From Nageia nagi (lineage: Eukaryota > Plantae > Pinophyta): 64,000 bases of DNA. Below are positions 24,716 through 38,500 of this stretch, one piece after another (the stretch's first letter is position 1; each line of letters starts with the position of its first letter). A model generated the notes under the pieces. It saw nothing but the letters and a program-made list of their open reading frames with translations. It did no database searches and was not told the DNA's origin. Both the position numbers and the translations under genes were made by a program. The stretch is taken from contig JBITNC010000001.1 in NCBI GenBank assembly GCA_050084985.1, forward strand, positions 70,494,001 through 70,558,000. The letters run 5' to 3'.

Positions 24716-25928
24716 TTATTTATAATTTTGTTAAATATATAGATTCAAGGGAACCATCACATACATACTATAAAATCATAAAATTTGAAATGGAAACTAG
24801 AACCTAATTCCAATAAGAAATAAGAATGAAAATACATTTAAGCATCCAAAAAATTGATACAAGTTTGTTAAAGAGGTTCCTCTCAATATGAGAGTATGTC
24901 CCTTATAGTAGCCACAATCAATCCCATCATTATATTATGCAATAAATTTACAATAGGATTTATAATCCCACAAAGTGTCCTTAACATAAAATTGAATCCT
25001 AAAACATGAACATAACCTATAATAGTGATGAACATATTTACAACAAGTTCTAATTCATTCTCTAGCTTCTTCTTCTCTATTATTCCTTCTCCTCCCCTTA
25101 TCCTAACTCTCCAGAAGGATATGTAGGAAGATATCAACATCTCTAAAGAAGTCACATGACTTTCCAACTTCCCAGTAACTTCCAAACATCTCAAAATGAC
25201 TCAAAGAGCTTCATCTGCCATCCATATATGATCTATTTTTCTAGCATGGGTACTAACCTTAGTGTTGGTGCTAGTATATCATGTGTATAAGTAGGTGAAA
25301 GGTTAGGTATCACATGAACCATCAGGTGAATAATTAGCTCTTCATTAGCATCCACATTGATATTCTTATGCAATGTTTTGGTTCCCATATAAACAATCAT
25401 CATACTAACATCCTAAATATGTCAAATTAAAAATCCTACATTGTAAATCCTAAAAAATACTATCATAGGTGTGGGCATCAATGTTGGTGCTGTGTTAGCA
25501 TTGATGTTGGCAAGTTTGACACTTTTATAGAAAACACCTTGGATGGTGATCAAATCTTTAACAAAGGTAGGGATGCATATACTCATTTGAAAGGTATCTT
25601 AAAGAACTATAGAATGAAGAATAATAAACCCAATTGGATATATCTATCAAAAAATTATGAATTCCCAAATATGATTTATCCATTTTCAATAAGTTCCCTA
25701 GCATAGAAAATTCACAATATGCAACCAAAAATATCCAAACATCACCCAAAAGTGAGAGTGTTCTAAATTCTCATTCTAGGGATGTTAGCCTTAGAGAATT
25801 TAATCAAATATGGATTGATTACAAAATCAAAATATTTTCAAAAAACAAATTTTAGTTTAAATAATGGATCAAGCTCATAAAAGAAAATCTCTAGCCAAAT
25901 TAGCACTCAAGGAAATATCTCTAGATCA
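24716..25928 (-). repeat. 3' LTR of the chromovirus
   Basis: Aligns end to end with 55675-56881; 15 mismatches in the 120 bp sampled (24781-24900 vs 55741-55860). Confidence 0.9.
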
Positions 25929-25969
25929 CACCTCCCCAAAGGGAAGTGCATTTTATCCTCAAAATGCTT

Positions 25970-28900
25970 AATGATGGAAAAGGTGGGGAAAAAATTCCTT
26001 AACCTTACTCTTATTATACCATTTTTTTATTTTAGGTAATCTACCTTTCAACCCAACAAGCCAAATTTCTTCTTTTCCTCTCCTTGTATTCTAGATCTTC
26101 TTTTAAACAAAATTGAGTGCTACTTCAATTCATCCATTGCACTAGGGTAAGATCTTCAATGAATAGTAAAATTGTGCTTGAATCAATTTCATCTTTAGCT
26201 ATCATGAAAGGGTCAAATAATTTAAGGTCTATAATGTTGGAAACTAAATAAATATTCATGTAATAAGGAAAATCAAGTTTGAAGGCATTATCACCTACTT
26301 GTTCAATGATCTTGAATGGTCCATACCTGATTGTTTTAGCTTCTTTGAAGGACCCTCTAACCTTTATTTATTGAGGTGTAGCCAAACTTGATCATCGAAT
26401 TGGAAATTATGATTAGTCCTATGCTTATCATTCCTCAATTTGTATTTGGCTTGAATTCTTGTTATAAGAGTGTTGAATTTAAACAAGATACTCATTCCAT
26501 GATTTTGGATGTTTTCCATAATACCTACTAAGTAATTGTACAATAGTCTTATTAACTACCTTAGTTTAGCCATTCATTTGAGGGTGAAAGTTTGTGGTTC
26601 TCTTCAACTTGGTGTCTATTTTTTCCCACAAGGTTATCTAAAACTTATCCAGGAATCTACTATCTCTATCTAAAATAATAGAACTAGGCAATCCAAAGTG
26701 AACCCACACATGAGAGAAAAATATGTCTGCTACAAGTTTTCTAGTTATAGTCTTCTTCCATGAAATTTAAACACACATATTTCTAAATCTTTCATCAATA
26801 ATAAATAAGTAATCATTTCCCCTTTTTCTCATAGGTAAACCACCCATAAAATCTATGTACATGCTCTCCCAAGGCCTGCTAGGAATTGGTAATGGCTGAT
26901 ATAACCCAACATTTCTATTACTAGGCTTACTTGTGCAACATAAAATATACTCCTAATATATTTTGTAGCTTGTTATTGATTCTTGGGCTAGTACACATAC
27001 CTTTTAAAGTTTTCCATAGTCTTGCCCACTCCAAAATGTTTAAAAATTTGAGATGTATGTGCTTCCCTCATGAGTTGCACTCTTTCTTGTTGTGGCACAC
27101 ATAAAGCATTTTCTTTATATACTAATCTCTCTGTTACAAAATAATTAGTATCATCATTACATCTACTATTCTAAAACAACTTCAAATAAATATTCTTGAA
27201 ATTAAGATCATTAAGTTACTATTATTTATATGATTCTTGCATGAAAGGACAAAGTTTAAGAATACAACTCAGATCTAAAACAATAGTTTGTATTGGTAGC
27301 CTAGCTAACATATGTATAATTTAATTTGTACTTCCATTTTTATATTTACTAATAGTTTGTAACTATTGCAAGAAATCTATCCATTTTAAATGTATTTCTT
27401 ATTGCAACTTAGATTGAGTTTGTAGGTAAGGCAAAGGTTGGTGGTCAGTATGAATTATTGTTTCCTTACTAGCCAAGAAATTTTTCTATTTTTTAATAGT
27501 TTGGAAAAGGGAAAATAATTCTTTTTCATAGACTAGATATTTCAACACTCTTCCACTAATATTTTTTGAATTATAACACACATGTCTTGTTCCTTGCATC
27601 AATACTGCTCCAATTGCATATTCAATAGCATTTGATTATATCTCAAATGGCTATAGAAAATTGGGCAATGTTAGGATAGGTGAATTGATAATTTTCTTCT
27701 TTAAGATATTAAATGCACTATATTGTTTCCTTCCCCATTGAAAACCATCCCTCTTGACAATTAAATCATGTAATGGAGAGGCTATACTAGAAAAATTCTT
27801 AATGAATTTTCTAAGATATTGAGTTTCCCTCAAGAAGCTCCTTGTCTTAGTGACATATGTAGGCCTTGGCCAGTAAACAATGGTATTCAATTTATTTCAA
27901 TTCTTAGCTTTCCATCACCAAAAATTTCCTAAGGTACATTAAAATTTATTTTCCAAACTCACATTTCCTCATCTTTAATAATAACTTATTATCTTTTAAA
28001 TTTTGCAACACTTATTTTTGATGCACCATATGTTCTTCCCAATTTCTTCTAAAAATAAGAATATCATCCAAGTAAATAACAATAATTTTATTAATATAGG
28101 ATATGAATAACTCATTTATTACTCTCATGAAAGTGGTTGGTGTATTGTATAGTTCAAAAGGTAGTACAATCCATTCAAACAACCCTTCTCTAATTTTGAA
28201 TGCAATTTTCCACATTTCTTCCTCCTTGATCCTTACTTAATGATAACCATTTGTTAAGTCCAGTTTGGTAAATAAATTCCACCCTCATAGATACTTCAAT
28301 ATATCATCAATAATTAGCAATGGATATCTATTTTTGAATGTGATCTTGTTCAATGGTTGGTAGTCAATGTATATCCTCCATTATCCATCCTTCTTTGGCA
28401 TAGGGATAACTAGTGATCCATAAGGTGAAGTGCTTGGCCTAATCACTCCTTATTCTAGTAGTTTAAAAATATGCCTCTTCACCTCTTCCTTATCAATTTG
28501 AAACTATCTATACAACCTAATATTTGGAAGAGTTTTATTAGGCATTAATTGGATCTCATGTTGGATGTCCCTCTTTGGTGGAAGTCCCTTTGGTTCCAAA
28601 AATAACTCATCATACTCCTTTACCAATATTTGAACTTGCTGATTTTTTTTGCTTAATGTGGATAATTTCCCCATTATTGATAAGATCTCTCCAACCTCCT
28701 TTGGTCAAATTATAGCAATCATGCATTTCTTGCTAGCACTAATGAATCTTTTGGCTTAGATTGTTATCACAAACTCCAATTTGTATCTACTTTTATGAGT
28801 ATTGATATCATAATGAATAATATTCTTTACAATTTTGTATTGATTCAATTTTTTAAAATAGACACCATCTTGTCCCACAAATATGGGTTTACAAAAATCA

Positions 28901-30236
28901 CACCATTGATATTAAGAGGCACCACATCAACCACAACTTCATCAATGAAGTTCTTTGCTATTGCAAACACCAACTTGAATTATCTAGTTACTTGCATTTG
29001 AGTTCCATGATTCAGCCAACCCAAAGGATAGGAATGAGGATGAGCAACAGTCTCTAACTTCATCCTATTAACCCAAGTTTCTACAATAATATTGGCCTGA
29101 GAACTAGGGTCAAAGATAGCATCAATTCTGGTCTGCTTAACTTGGATCTTGAGATGAAATAATTTTATTTTATTTTTATTTTTCAGTTGCAACATCTTTT
29201 CTCTATGTATTAGTACAAATTATCTCATTATCAACATCAAAACTATCTTCTACTATTTCTCCTTTTTTCACTATTTCAGTCTTCTTATACTATTTCTTTC
29301 CCTTCTTAGTTCCCATTTTGGTATTGTATTTGGATGAAGTTTCCAACAAATAGTATCATTATATCCATGTTTATTACAACGAGAACAATTCTTGTCAAAT
29401 TTTATGGCTATAGTGTTATTTTTCTCTTGCTTATTCTTTTTCCCCTTGTCTTGGGTTTTACCTTTCTCTTGTTGTCCACTTGAACTAACACCTTTGGAGT
29501 TCTCATATTTCCTTCTTTGTTTTCCACATTCTTCAAAATAATGTGCTTGCACACACACTTTATCAAGGTTAGTATGATAAAAAAATATAAGTATTTTTTG
29601 CAAATGATAATGCAAACCTTTAATATACTTCATTAGCAAACTTGTATCTTTCAAAGAAATTCCCAACATGATGGCTTGTATTCTAAATACTGTAGTGTAT
29701 TCTTGGATATATTAGCCTTTTTGTTATCTCATGGATTATCATTTCATCAATTATTTCTTGTAATACCCAAGGGATAGAATTTCTCCTTCAACAAATACTT
29801 AAAATCCTTCTACAAAGAAATAGGTGGTAAATTTTCATGCCTTAATGATTCAATATTGGCTTCCCACTAAATCAAAGCATGTTCTAATTTCAACCTAGCA
29901 AATGAGATTTTTGCAAGATCACCAACAACACCTTATACTTGGAAGTACACTTCTAGTTTATTCAACGGTTTCAATTTTTTTGCATCCACCTCTCCTCCAA
30001 AAGTTGGAATCTTTACCTTGGCCTCAATTTTAAAAGGTAAACAATGAACATGTGGTGTAGTTGATGATTGAACACTATCTTATCTTCATCCAATCTAATG
30101 TATCTCTTCTCTAGACTATCTTGCCATCATTTCAATTAGTCTTGATATATTGGTATCCATTATAATAAATCTCCTTTGGAAATTTATGTTTGATTGGAAA
30201 GCTTGAGGAGGCTCTTCTTCATGAAGATCATCAATG
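25970..30236 (-). pseudogene. Chromovirus gag-pol pseudogene
   Basis: Gag with CSRCNKHG....CWKLHP knuckle; protease IDAIFDPSSQAN; RT WIVLPFELYNTPTTFMR...IYLDDILIF; integrase PWESMYIDFMGGLP and GPFKI; chromodomain-like EEIWLVGLKGRLP....WY....VKEFFPHL (~25980-26090). Confidence 0.9.
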
Positions 30237-31433
30237 GGATTTTTTACCCCCTAATTTTTAATCAATATTTTTTTCATTTCTTCCTCGAGTTCGGTATCTA
30301 GGAAAAATTTATTTTTCCCCTTAATAAATAAAAAATACATAAACATTAAATAATCCAAAAATAATGATTTTTCAAGCTCACATCTTTTTCCATCATTAAA
30401 AAGAGTTTGGATCATTGGGTAGTATCTTTCACCTTAAAGGCAAGTGCATATTCTAGACATTGACATGGAAATTGGTGTCTATGAAACCATTGAATACCAT
30501 CCTCTAATTTTGATCACAAGCACCTACCCTCAAAATGAGCGAAATTTGATCCTACTCAACTATTAAATGATGAACATAAAAATCCCATTTTTGAAGGTAA
30601 GCATTCATTCTAGATACTAAAAAGTGAAAGTCAATTCTCACCATAACCCAAAAGTGAAAAGGGTCCTCATTTCCAAAATTGAAGTAAAAAATGATGAATT
30701 TTGACTATCTTTATGATTTCTTCAATCACATCAAGTTTAGAACCTACTTGGGTGCAACTAGAGGATCTTCTTATCGCATCCTCTTTCATATAAACTCAAC
30801 ATGAATAAGGAATTTCTTTTGATCATATCTATAGAGAAGTCTACCTTATCATGAATAAAGTTTTTGTTGGGGTTGCAATGAATTTCCTTCAAACTTGGTG
30901 ATATGTAACTTGATCTATTTTGGAATTAGCTTGATCAAAATTATTCATTTATCATATTGTATTAACTTTTAAACTAAAGTAATTAAGTTAAAATGTCACT
31001 ATCACATTAACATGAACCTAACCTTGAAGTGACTAAGTTAAATTCTTTTGTTGCATTGAACTTAGTGTTAACTTTGGAATGACTACGCTAAATTTCTTTA
31101 TCACATTATTTTGGAAACCTGGTCAAAGTAATTAAGTTAATCTCTATTATCATATGAAGATAAACTTTAACCTTGATGCAACCAAGGAATATTTTATTAT
31201 CATACCATTTTATCCTTCTGTTTAGAGTGACCAAGGGGTTATAGTTGTTGCACCATTTTAACCTTCATATCAAAGTGACTTAGGCATTTTTAATGGTCGC
31301 ACCCACTTAGACTATTAACTTGATGTGACTAAAGAAAAATGAATAATTTTGAGAAAATAAATTTTCTAATAAAATTATGATTTTTTTCTTATCTCAAAAT
31401 GATGCCTAATAAATTTTTTTATCATTTTACAAG

Positions 31434-34400
31434 ATGAGAAAGGTAAAGAAGGATGTAGGTGGCTATTCTTGGCTAACTAAGAGCAACTTTGTCAAATTAT
31501 AAAAAGATGAAAAAACCAAAATGAGAGCCTGCTATTATGATAGACTTTAGAACATTAGGGATCCAAAGTGTAATCATACCAAACCTGTGTTGATGTTAAG
31601 AAAAGTCAAGAGGATCCCAAAAGAAGTCATGGAGAAATATATACTTCATTCATTAGGTTTCTCTGAAATCATTATTATACCTTTCTCAATAAATTTCCTT
31701 GATTTGGTGATGGAAGTTATGGAACATATTGACTTTGAGAAAAGGGTTGTTATTGATGTCAATGATAAAGTTATTGTTAACTTAACCAAATAAGGTATTG
31801 AGAAAGCAATGGGATGGTCCAATCATGATATTATCTTCACCTAGGAAGATGTCAATCAGAGGTATTAATAATATAATAATAGACATAGGCCCAATGAATT
31901 CATTTGATCTCTATTGAAACTAGAGAATCATGGTATGGATCATTAGGTTGTAATGAAAGCACAAAGATTCTTCTTTCAAGACACCTTAAATAAGGCAATT
32001 AGTTTCATTTGTAGAATTTTCAAGAAATCTCCAAATATTAGATTTGAGAAGGATCTATTTGGTTTCATTTATAAAGTGAACAAAGGAGAAAGTATCTATT
32101 TGAGCCAAGTTATTAGTGATGAAATGATAAACCAACTAAAGAAAGTAAATAAAAAATCCTATATGGTTTTCCTACTATTGAAAGGGAAAAATTGACCTCA
32201 TGCCCATGCCATCAAAAAGGTTATCTATAACTAGAAGGCTACAATATACATGGTTTATCTAAAATTTCATAAAGTAAATTAATGGATCTACATTCATATG
32301 AGAACTGATGAGTGGGAGTATGCAATCATCAAATAATTGAAAGGGGATCAACATATCCCTAGGATTTCCATTAAGGTAATTGATTTATTGAAGAGGTTCA
32401 TCAATTTTTATCTTGAAGAGTTTGATAATTCCTATATCAAAATTTTTGATGTTGATGTGGCCCTTCTCAAAATTCCATGTTACCTTAGTAATAGAATGGT
32501 GTTCCTCGAATTTGTGATGTGGATGTTTTACTTTCATGAAAAATTTTCCTAGAAGAAGAAAGAGGCACCCATCAAGATGCCTATTACTCTCTCTTGGTAT
32601 TGTTGTAATAATTGGTTGGAAGTAGAGACAATCAAGTGTAAAATTCAAGGCTATGATTTTGAGAGTCATATATTGAAGATACATTATGATCCAACTAGTG
32701 TATTGATATATTTTGCCAAAGATTTCACACTAAATATGCATGCCACTCTCTTGGAGATCTTGAAATATAAATAAATGTTTATTCAAAGGTTAAAATTCAA
32801 AGGATATTTTAATAACTAGCTCAAGAGGAAAGAGATAGAAATAAAGAAGTAGACAAAGATAAAAGTTACAAAATCCTACCTCATCTATCTATAGCTTAGC
32901 AAATAATTGAGCAAGAGTGACTTTGATAATGATGATTAATGAAAAATAGATAGTGGTGATAATAGGTTGAGAATTCATAGCAGAAGTGAAGAAGAATTAG
33001 ATGGAAATGATGAAGGTCATATGGAGGCCACTTTCAAGGAGTGTTGAGAACCTATCTTAGCCATGTATACTCATATCGAGGGGAGTGATAATTTAATCAA
33101 TGTCATGGATTCTAAAGAAGAAGGTGAAATCAAACATGATGCCCATACTCCCCCAATAATTTATTCTAGGCTAGAATTAATTATCACTTATTCTTCCTCC
33201 ACCTAGAAGATTCATGATGAGAAGAGATCACCTCAAAAGTTCTTATGTGAAAAAGAAGCAAAAGGATCCTCATAAATCATAGAATGCCCAACTATGAGGT
33301 TAGAGACCAAGAAAGGTTGCACTCCTCATAAACCCTAGTTCACAAACATCCTCATCCAAGCATTCATCTAAGGAAACTAGAGGAGAGGGAGATGGTTATG
33401 ATGATGATGAGAATGGAGGAAAGAAAAGGAAAAAAAAATAAGATAAGCATGATAAAACAATTATCACTATTGATGATTATAGTAGCCTTGATCAACTTAG
33501 TTCAAAAAATATTCTAAAGAATATAGATATTTATGCATATTTGAAAAGGCTCTAAGAAGTTAGCAATGGTAGTGAAAGAGAAGAAAATATGGATGTTACA
33601 AAAGAAGCTACCCTGATACCAAGAAAACTACTAATTTTCATAGATTTTTGCAAAGAGACTCTACACGTAAGTCAAACTCTCAACTAGTGTTAAGAATTTG
33701 AAGGAGAAAAGGCACATAAATTTTAGCACAATAGAATATTACATTGGACCTTTATGGATTGAATGAAATGTATATATCATTGATCAAGGTACCAAGAACC
33801 TGACCAAATTAGCATAAGAAAGGGAATTAGAGATCAATAAACCTAAGAACAAGGTAAATTTCATGAAGAATATTTGAAGTCTAAATATAGAAGAGGTTAT
33901 GAATTGGAGAAGAGAATTGATAAACTAATTGATAAATTAGTTAAAATCTTTATGAAGGCTTATCATGACCTAATGTATTTTGATAATATTAATTTTTAGC
34001 TTTATGATGTCAATGAGGATATCAACAAATTTGTCAATCAATGGGTAGAATAAGTAGGAAATGTTTCCAAGATTGAATGTGAAGAGATAAGTGATGATAT
34101 GATGATAGATTTTTCTAAAGAATTTTCATTTCTTTTTAATTGGTTATCGAGTGCTAAACCTAGATGTAAATCTTTCAAAGAGAAATTTGTTGATGCATAT
34201 AAAGAAAATCAAGATACCATTCTTTAAATAGAAATTCCCTTCTCTTAGAAAATCTATTAATTTGAGGAGTGATGAGAAAGAACAACAAAGTTTGAAAGAT
34301 ATATTAGAGAAAAAATTGAAATCTCAAGCTATAGAAGAAGAGATCATTGAAGCATATGAACACTACTGATCATGGACTACACAAGTTAAAACACCTCATT

Positions 34401-34467
34401 AGAGGATAAAAAGTTGTATGATAGGTTAGGTGATTTGTTGGTACTAGAGACTATTGGAAGGCAATGA
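31434..34467 (+). pseudogene. Decayed ~1000-codon accessory ORF inside the 5' LTR
   Basis: Reading from ATG 31434 continues through C>T-type stops (track ORFs 31587, 31953, 32337, 32577). N-terminal LVMEVMEHIDFEKRVVIDVNDKVIVNLTK resembles plant-transposon/PMD-like accessory proteins (inference); acidic middle, coiled-coil-like C-terminus. Confidence 0.7.
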
Positions 34468-35526
34468 TATAGTTCATAAGTTTTTTAGAAGGAGACATCA
34501 AGGTAGAGATCGTAAGGTTGAGGACTTTGATCCCTTCTTCTTCATTGGTAAATTGATAAAATGCATTGCATTATTATTGGTCCTATTATTATCATTGTAA
34601 ATGGAATCAAAGGAATTAGAAATATTTCCCCCCTTAATATTTAGAGTTAGATTATTTTCTAAGTTTTTATTTTATGAAGACTTAGTTACTTTTACAAGTT
34701 GTCTATGTTAGACTTAGCAAAAAATTTGATGCTATGTAATTAGGGTTTTCTAAATTAGGTTTCCAAATTAGTGTTTCAAGGTAATTAGGGTTTTATTTTA
34801 AACCTAAATACCTCCAAGTACTACTTAAAGGCATGAAAGCCGCATTTGTAACTCTATCTCTAAATTCTAAAAGTTGCACATTTGAAGCTTCAACAATATA
34901 AGATAGTGTCTTTGGTATCTCTCTTATGTATACTTATTTCTTTGATACTTATTTAAGTTAGAAAATGAATTTCAAGTGTATGCAATAATTCATTTTCTAT
35001 ATTTGGATAATGCTAGCTTTTTTCAAACTTAAAAAGTAATCAATGTTTGAGCTAGTTAAATAAATATGATATATTATGCAAGCTATGCAACATAATGTTT
35101 CATTAAGGGAAATAAATGTTTTTGAATAATAAGTAAAAGATAAATGGTGCAAGGTATATTACATGGAGCATATCACTTCTTACTTGTAACTTGATTAAAT
35201 TGAGCAAGAATCTTTTAGCTTGGTTAAAAAGGTTAAGTGATTGTTTAGTTTTCTAGAATTAGTGGAATGATCATTTAATTCAAGGATAAGAAAAGTTGTG
35301 AGAAAATCAAATTAAGTCTTTACACATTCAGAGAAAAAGATGAAAAAATACAAAAATATTCATTTAATAAGTGAAGAGATAAATATTTAATCTAAGTATG
35401 GGAAAGATCATGAGAAATATAACATAAGTCTTAACAAAATTCATTAGCACTAAGCAAACACATCGAGGACCACCTCATTAAAAGGAGGATCTTAGATCCC
35501 TATTATCACTTTTTTCTATCCAACAA

Positions 35527-38500
35527 TATCACAACCCACCTCAAGACACTATTTTACCTCAAGTATCATCAAAGATTTGAGTGGATTATGTTTTAATAAT
35601 GCTATGGTAATGATAAGTTTGATAAGAAAATATGTATCATTTATGAAAATGTGATGTTGGCATCGATATATTTTGACATAGGTCACCTCGATATGGAGAA
35701 GTAATCCAAAGACCCTAAGGACCAAAGGTGAATTAGTGATGGAAACAAAAGGGTAATAGGAGGAAATGATTGGTGTTGAATCATTGCAACACCCTATGAC
35801 CATTATAAATCATGTAGTTACATGTAGAATAATTGCTATGATTATCAATTTCTCAAAGAAATTATATTTCCCAATTTATGTGGATTAATCTTTCCTTACA
35901 AGATGAGGCGAGCATCATAGGTAAAGGTGTGTTTCCCTTGTTTTGTGTTTTTGAAATTCAAATTTGAAATGGAGGTAAAAAGGAATATAACCTATTTAAA
36001 TTTGAAAATTTATATAAGGTTATAAAAGTAAATTTAATAAAAAAAATTAATTAAAATGAGTGCCCATACTATTGCCACATGGGGTTAATAGTAAAAATAT
36101 TATTAGAAAAAGACTAAGGTCACCTTGTGGTGTTACAATAAATTTAATAGTAAGGAAAATAATGGATTAATGACCTTACTTAGTTTTGTTTTCTTGTGTT
36201 AGGTATGGATAATAGTTGACATTAATTTATTAGTTAATAAAAAAGGTCACAAGGTATTTAATACTATTTCAATCATCAACAAATTTAACCAAACCTACCC
36301 CAAAAATTATTAAAGGTGTGAGAAGACATCCATTTGGACACACTTGAACCTCTTTGACTATAAATAAAGTGGTAGAACCTTAAGCAAAACACCTACCTAC
36401 CTATCTTTTATTATTTCATTCTTGTTATTCTCAATCTTGGTGCAGAGTTATATGAAGAAAAGAAGTCTCTCTTCCCTCTTCAAGTCAAGGTGCATTCTTT
36501 TACATTTTTTTGCCTAATTAAAGTATTCCTATTTTGAGGTATTTATTGAGTTGTATGAAAGTAAATAAGTAGGATTTTCTTTGTTATTATACCTTTATTT
36601 AGATGTCAGAGTGGAAAATTTTATGTACAAATTATATTATGTATTTTATGATATTTTAAGGAGACTATTCAAATATTTCACCTTATGCTTTTAGCTAGAG
36701 TTTAATGAATTTATTAAAGTCCTAATATGATGTTTATCATAATGTTTGATAAAGTTTCATAGAAGTAATTATTGTTAGAAGTGTTGTACCATTTAAAGAG
36801 ACATAGTGGTTATTTTATTTAAAGGTTAGTACCATATCTTTTTCTTTAAAAAGTAAATGAGTGGAATTTTCTTTTGTTATTCTCCTTTTATTTAGATGTA
36901 GAAGTGGAAAATTTCATGTATAAATTGTATCATATATTTTATGATATTTTAAGGAGACTAGTCAAATATTTCTCTTTATACCTTTAGCTAGAGTTTAATG
37001 AATTTATTAAAATCCTAATATGATGTTTATCATAATATTTGATAAATTTTCATAGAATTAATTAATGTTAGAAGTGTTGTACCATTTGAAGAGACATAAT
37101 TTTTATTTTATTTAAAGGTTGGTACCATGTCTTTTTCTTTAAAAAGTAAAGGAGTGGGATTTTGTTTTGTTATTATCCCTTTATTTAGATGTAGGGGTGA
37201 AAATTTTCACTTACAAATTGTATTATGTATTTTATGATATTTAAAAAGACTAGTCAAATATTTCACCTTATGCCTTTAATTAGAGTTTAATGAATTTATT
37301 TTTACATAAATTTTACTAAAGTCTTAATATAATGTTTATCATCTTAGTAAAGAAATATTGTTAAATTCATATGAAAGAGATGAAAGATGAATTAATAAAA
37401 ATATGTTTGCTTGTTATTATCTAAATTTATCAATTAAACTAATTAGTATCTAATGAGGTGATAAGTTATATTTAATATTTTTAATAAATAATTCAAGAAC
37501 TCTTTATAATCTTGTATTAAATAACATATGGTTTTGAGATTATGATATTGATAAAAATTTTAGTAAAATAATTCATATGGTACCAATTACATTAATTAAT
37601 TATTAAGGTATCCAAGACCTTATTATGAATGATTTAATTATTTACAATGGATTAATTATATGGTAAATAAATCATGGATTAATATACATTAAACAAGGAA
37701 AGGAGATAATTTCTCCTAAGGTATATAGTTAAATTCATTTGCATAATGATCAAGTTTTAAAAGGATTGTCTTGATTCTCTTCCCTCTTAGTACTTAATCC
37801 ACCTACCAAGCTCTAAGGGGATGTTTGATGCTTGTTGCATGAAGATCGATGGATATGTTTAATGGTTGATACAACAATCAAAACCATATGACATGAACAA
37901 ATTTGAATTACAAATTAATTAGATATGAAATAGTATGATTTGTCAAAAAGATTCTATTAGTGATTAAATGGGTTGTATTATATTTGAATTGCCCTTGTAT
38001 AATGCATGATTTCTACTTGTAATAAATTATGGAAGCTTCAAAGTTTATGAAAGTAAATGTCATTCATACATTTCATAGATAGATTATTTTAGATATTAAT
38101 TAATGAATCTTGTAGATTACTTTTATTTATATGATTTTTAGAAAATTTTTAACATTATGATTTAATGAGCTTTCTTTTAATTATGTTATCAAATACTACA
38201 ATTAGTATTGATTATATGGATTACTAGGAGTAGGAATTACTATTTCTTTTATGAAAATGATTAATGGGTATTACAAATTAGTGAAGTAAATGATTTAAAT
38301 AAAACTTCTAAAGAAGTAGATTGATTAGAAATAATCCTAATTTGGAATTAAAGTTATAAAAGATAATTTAGGAGTATTTGGGATATTTTAGGGACTCTTG
38401 GGATCAAATTGGATACAAATGGAGCCCAATGGGATTAAATGGGATCATTTAGGATCCTTCAAAATGAATGTGAAAATATGATGGAGAACCTTCACCAAGT

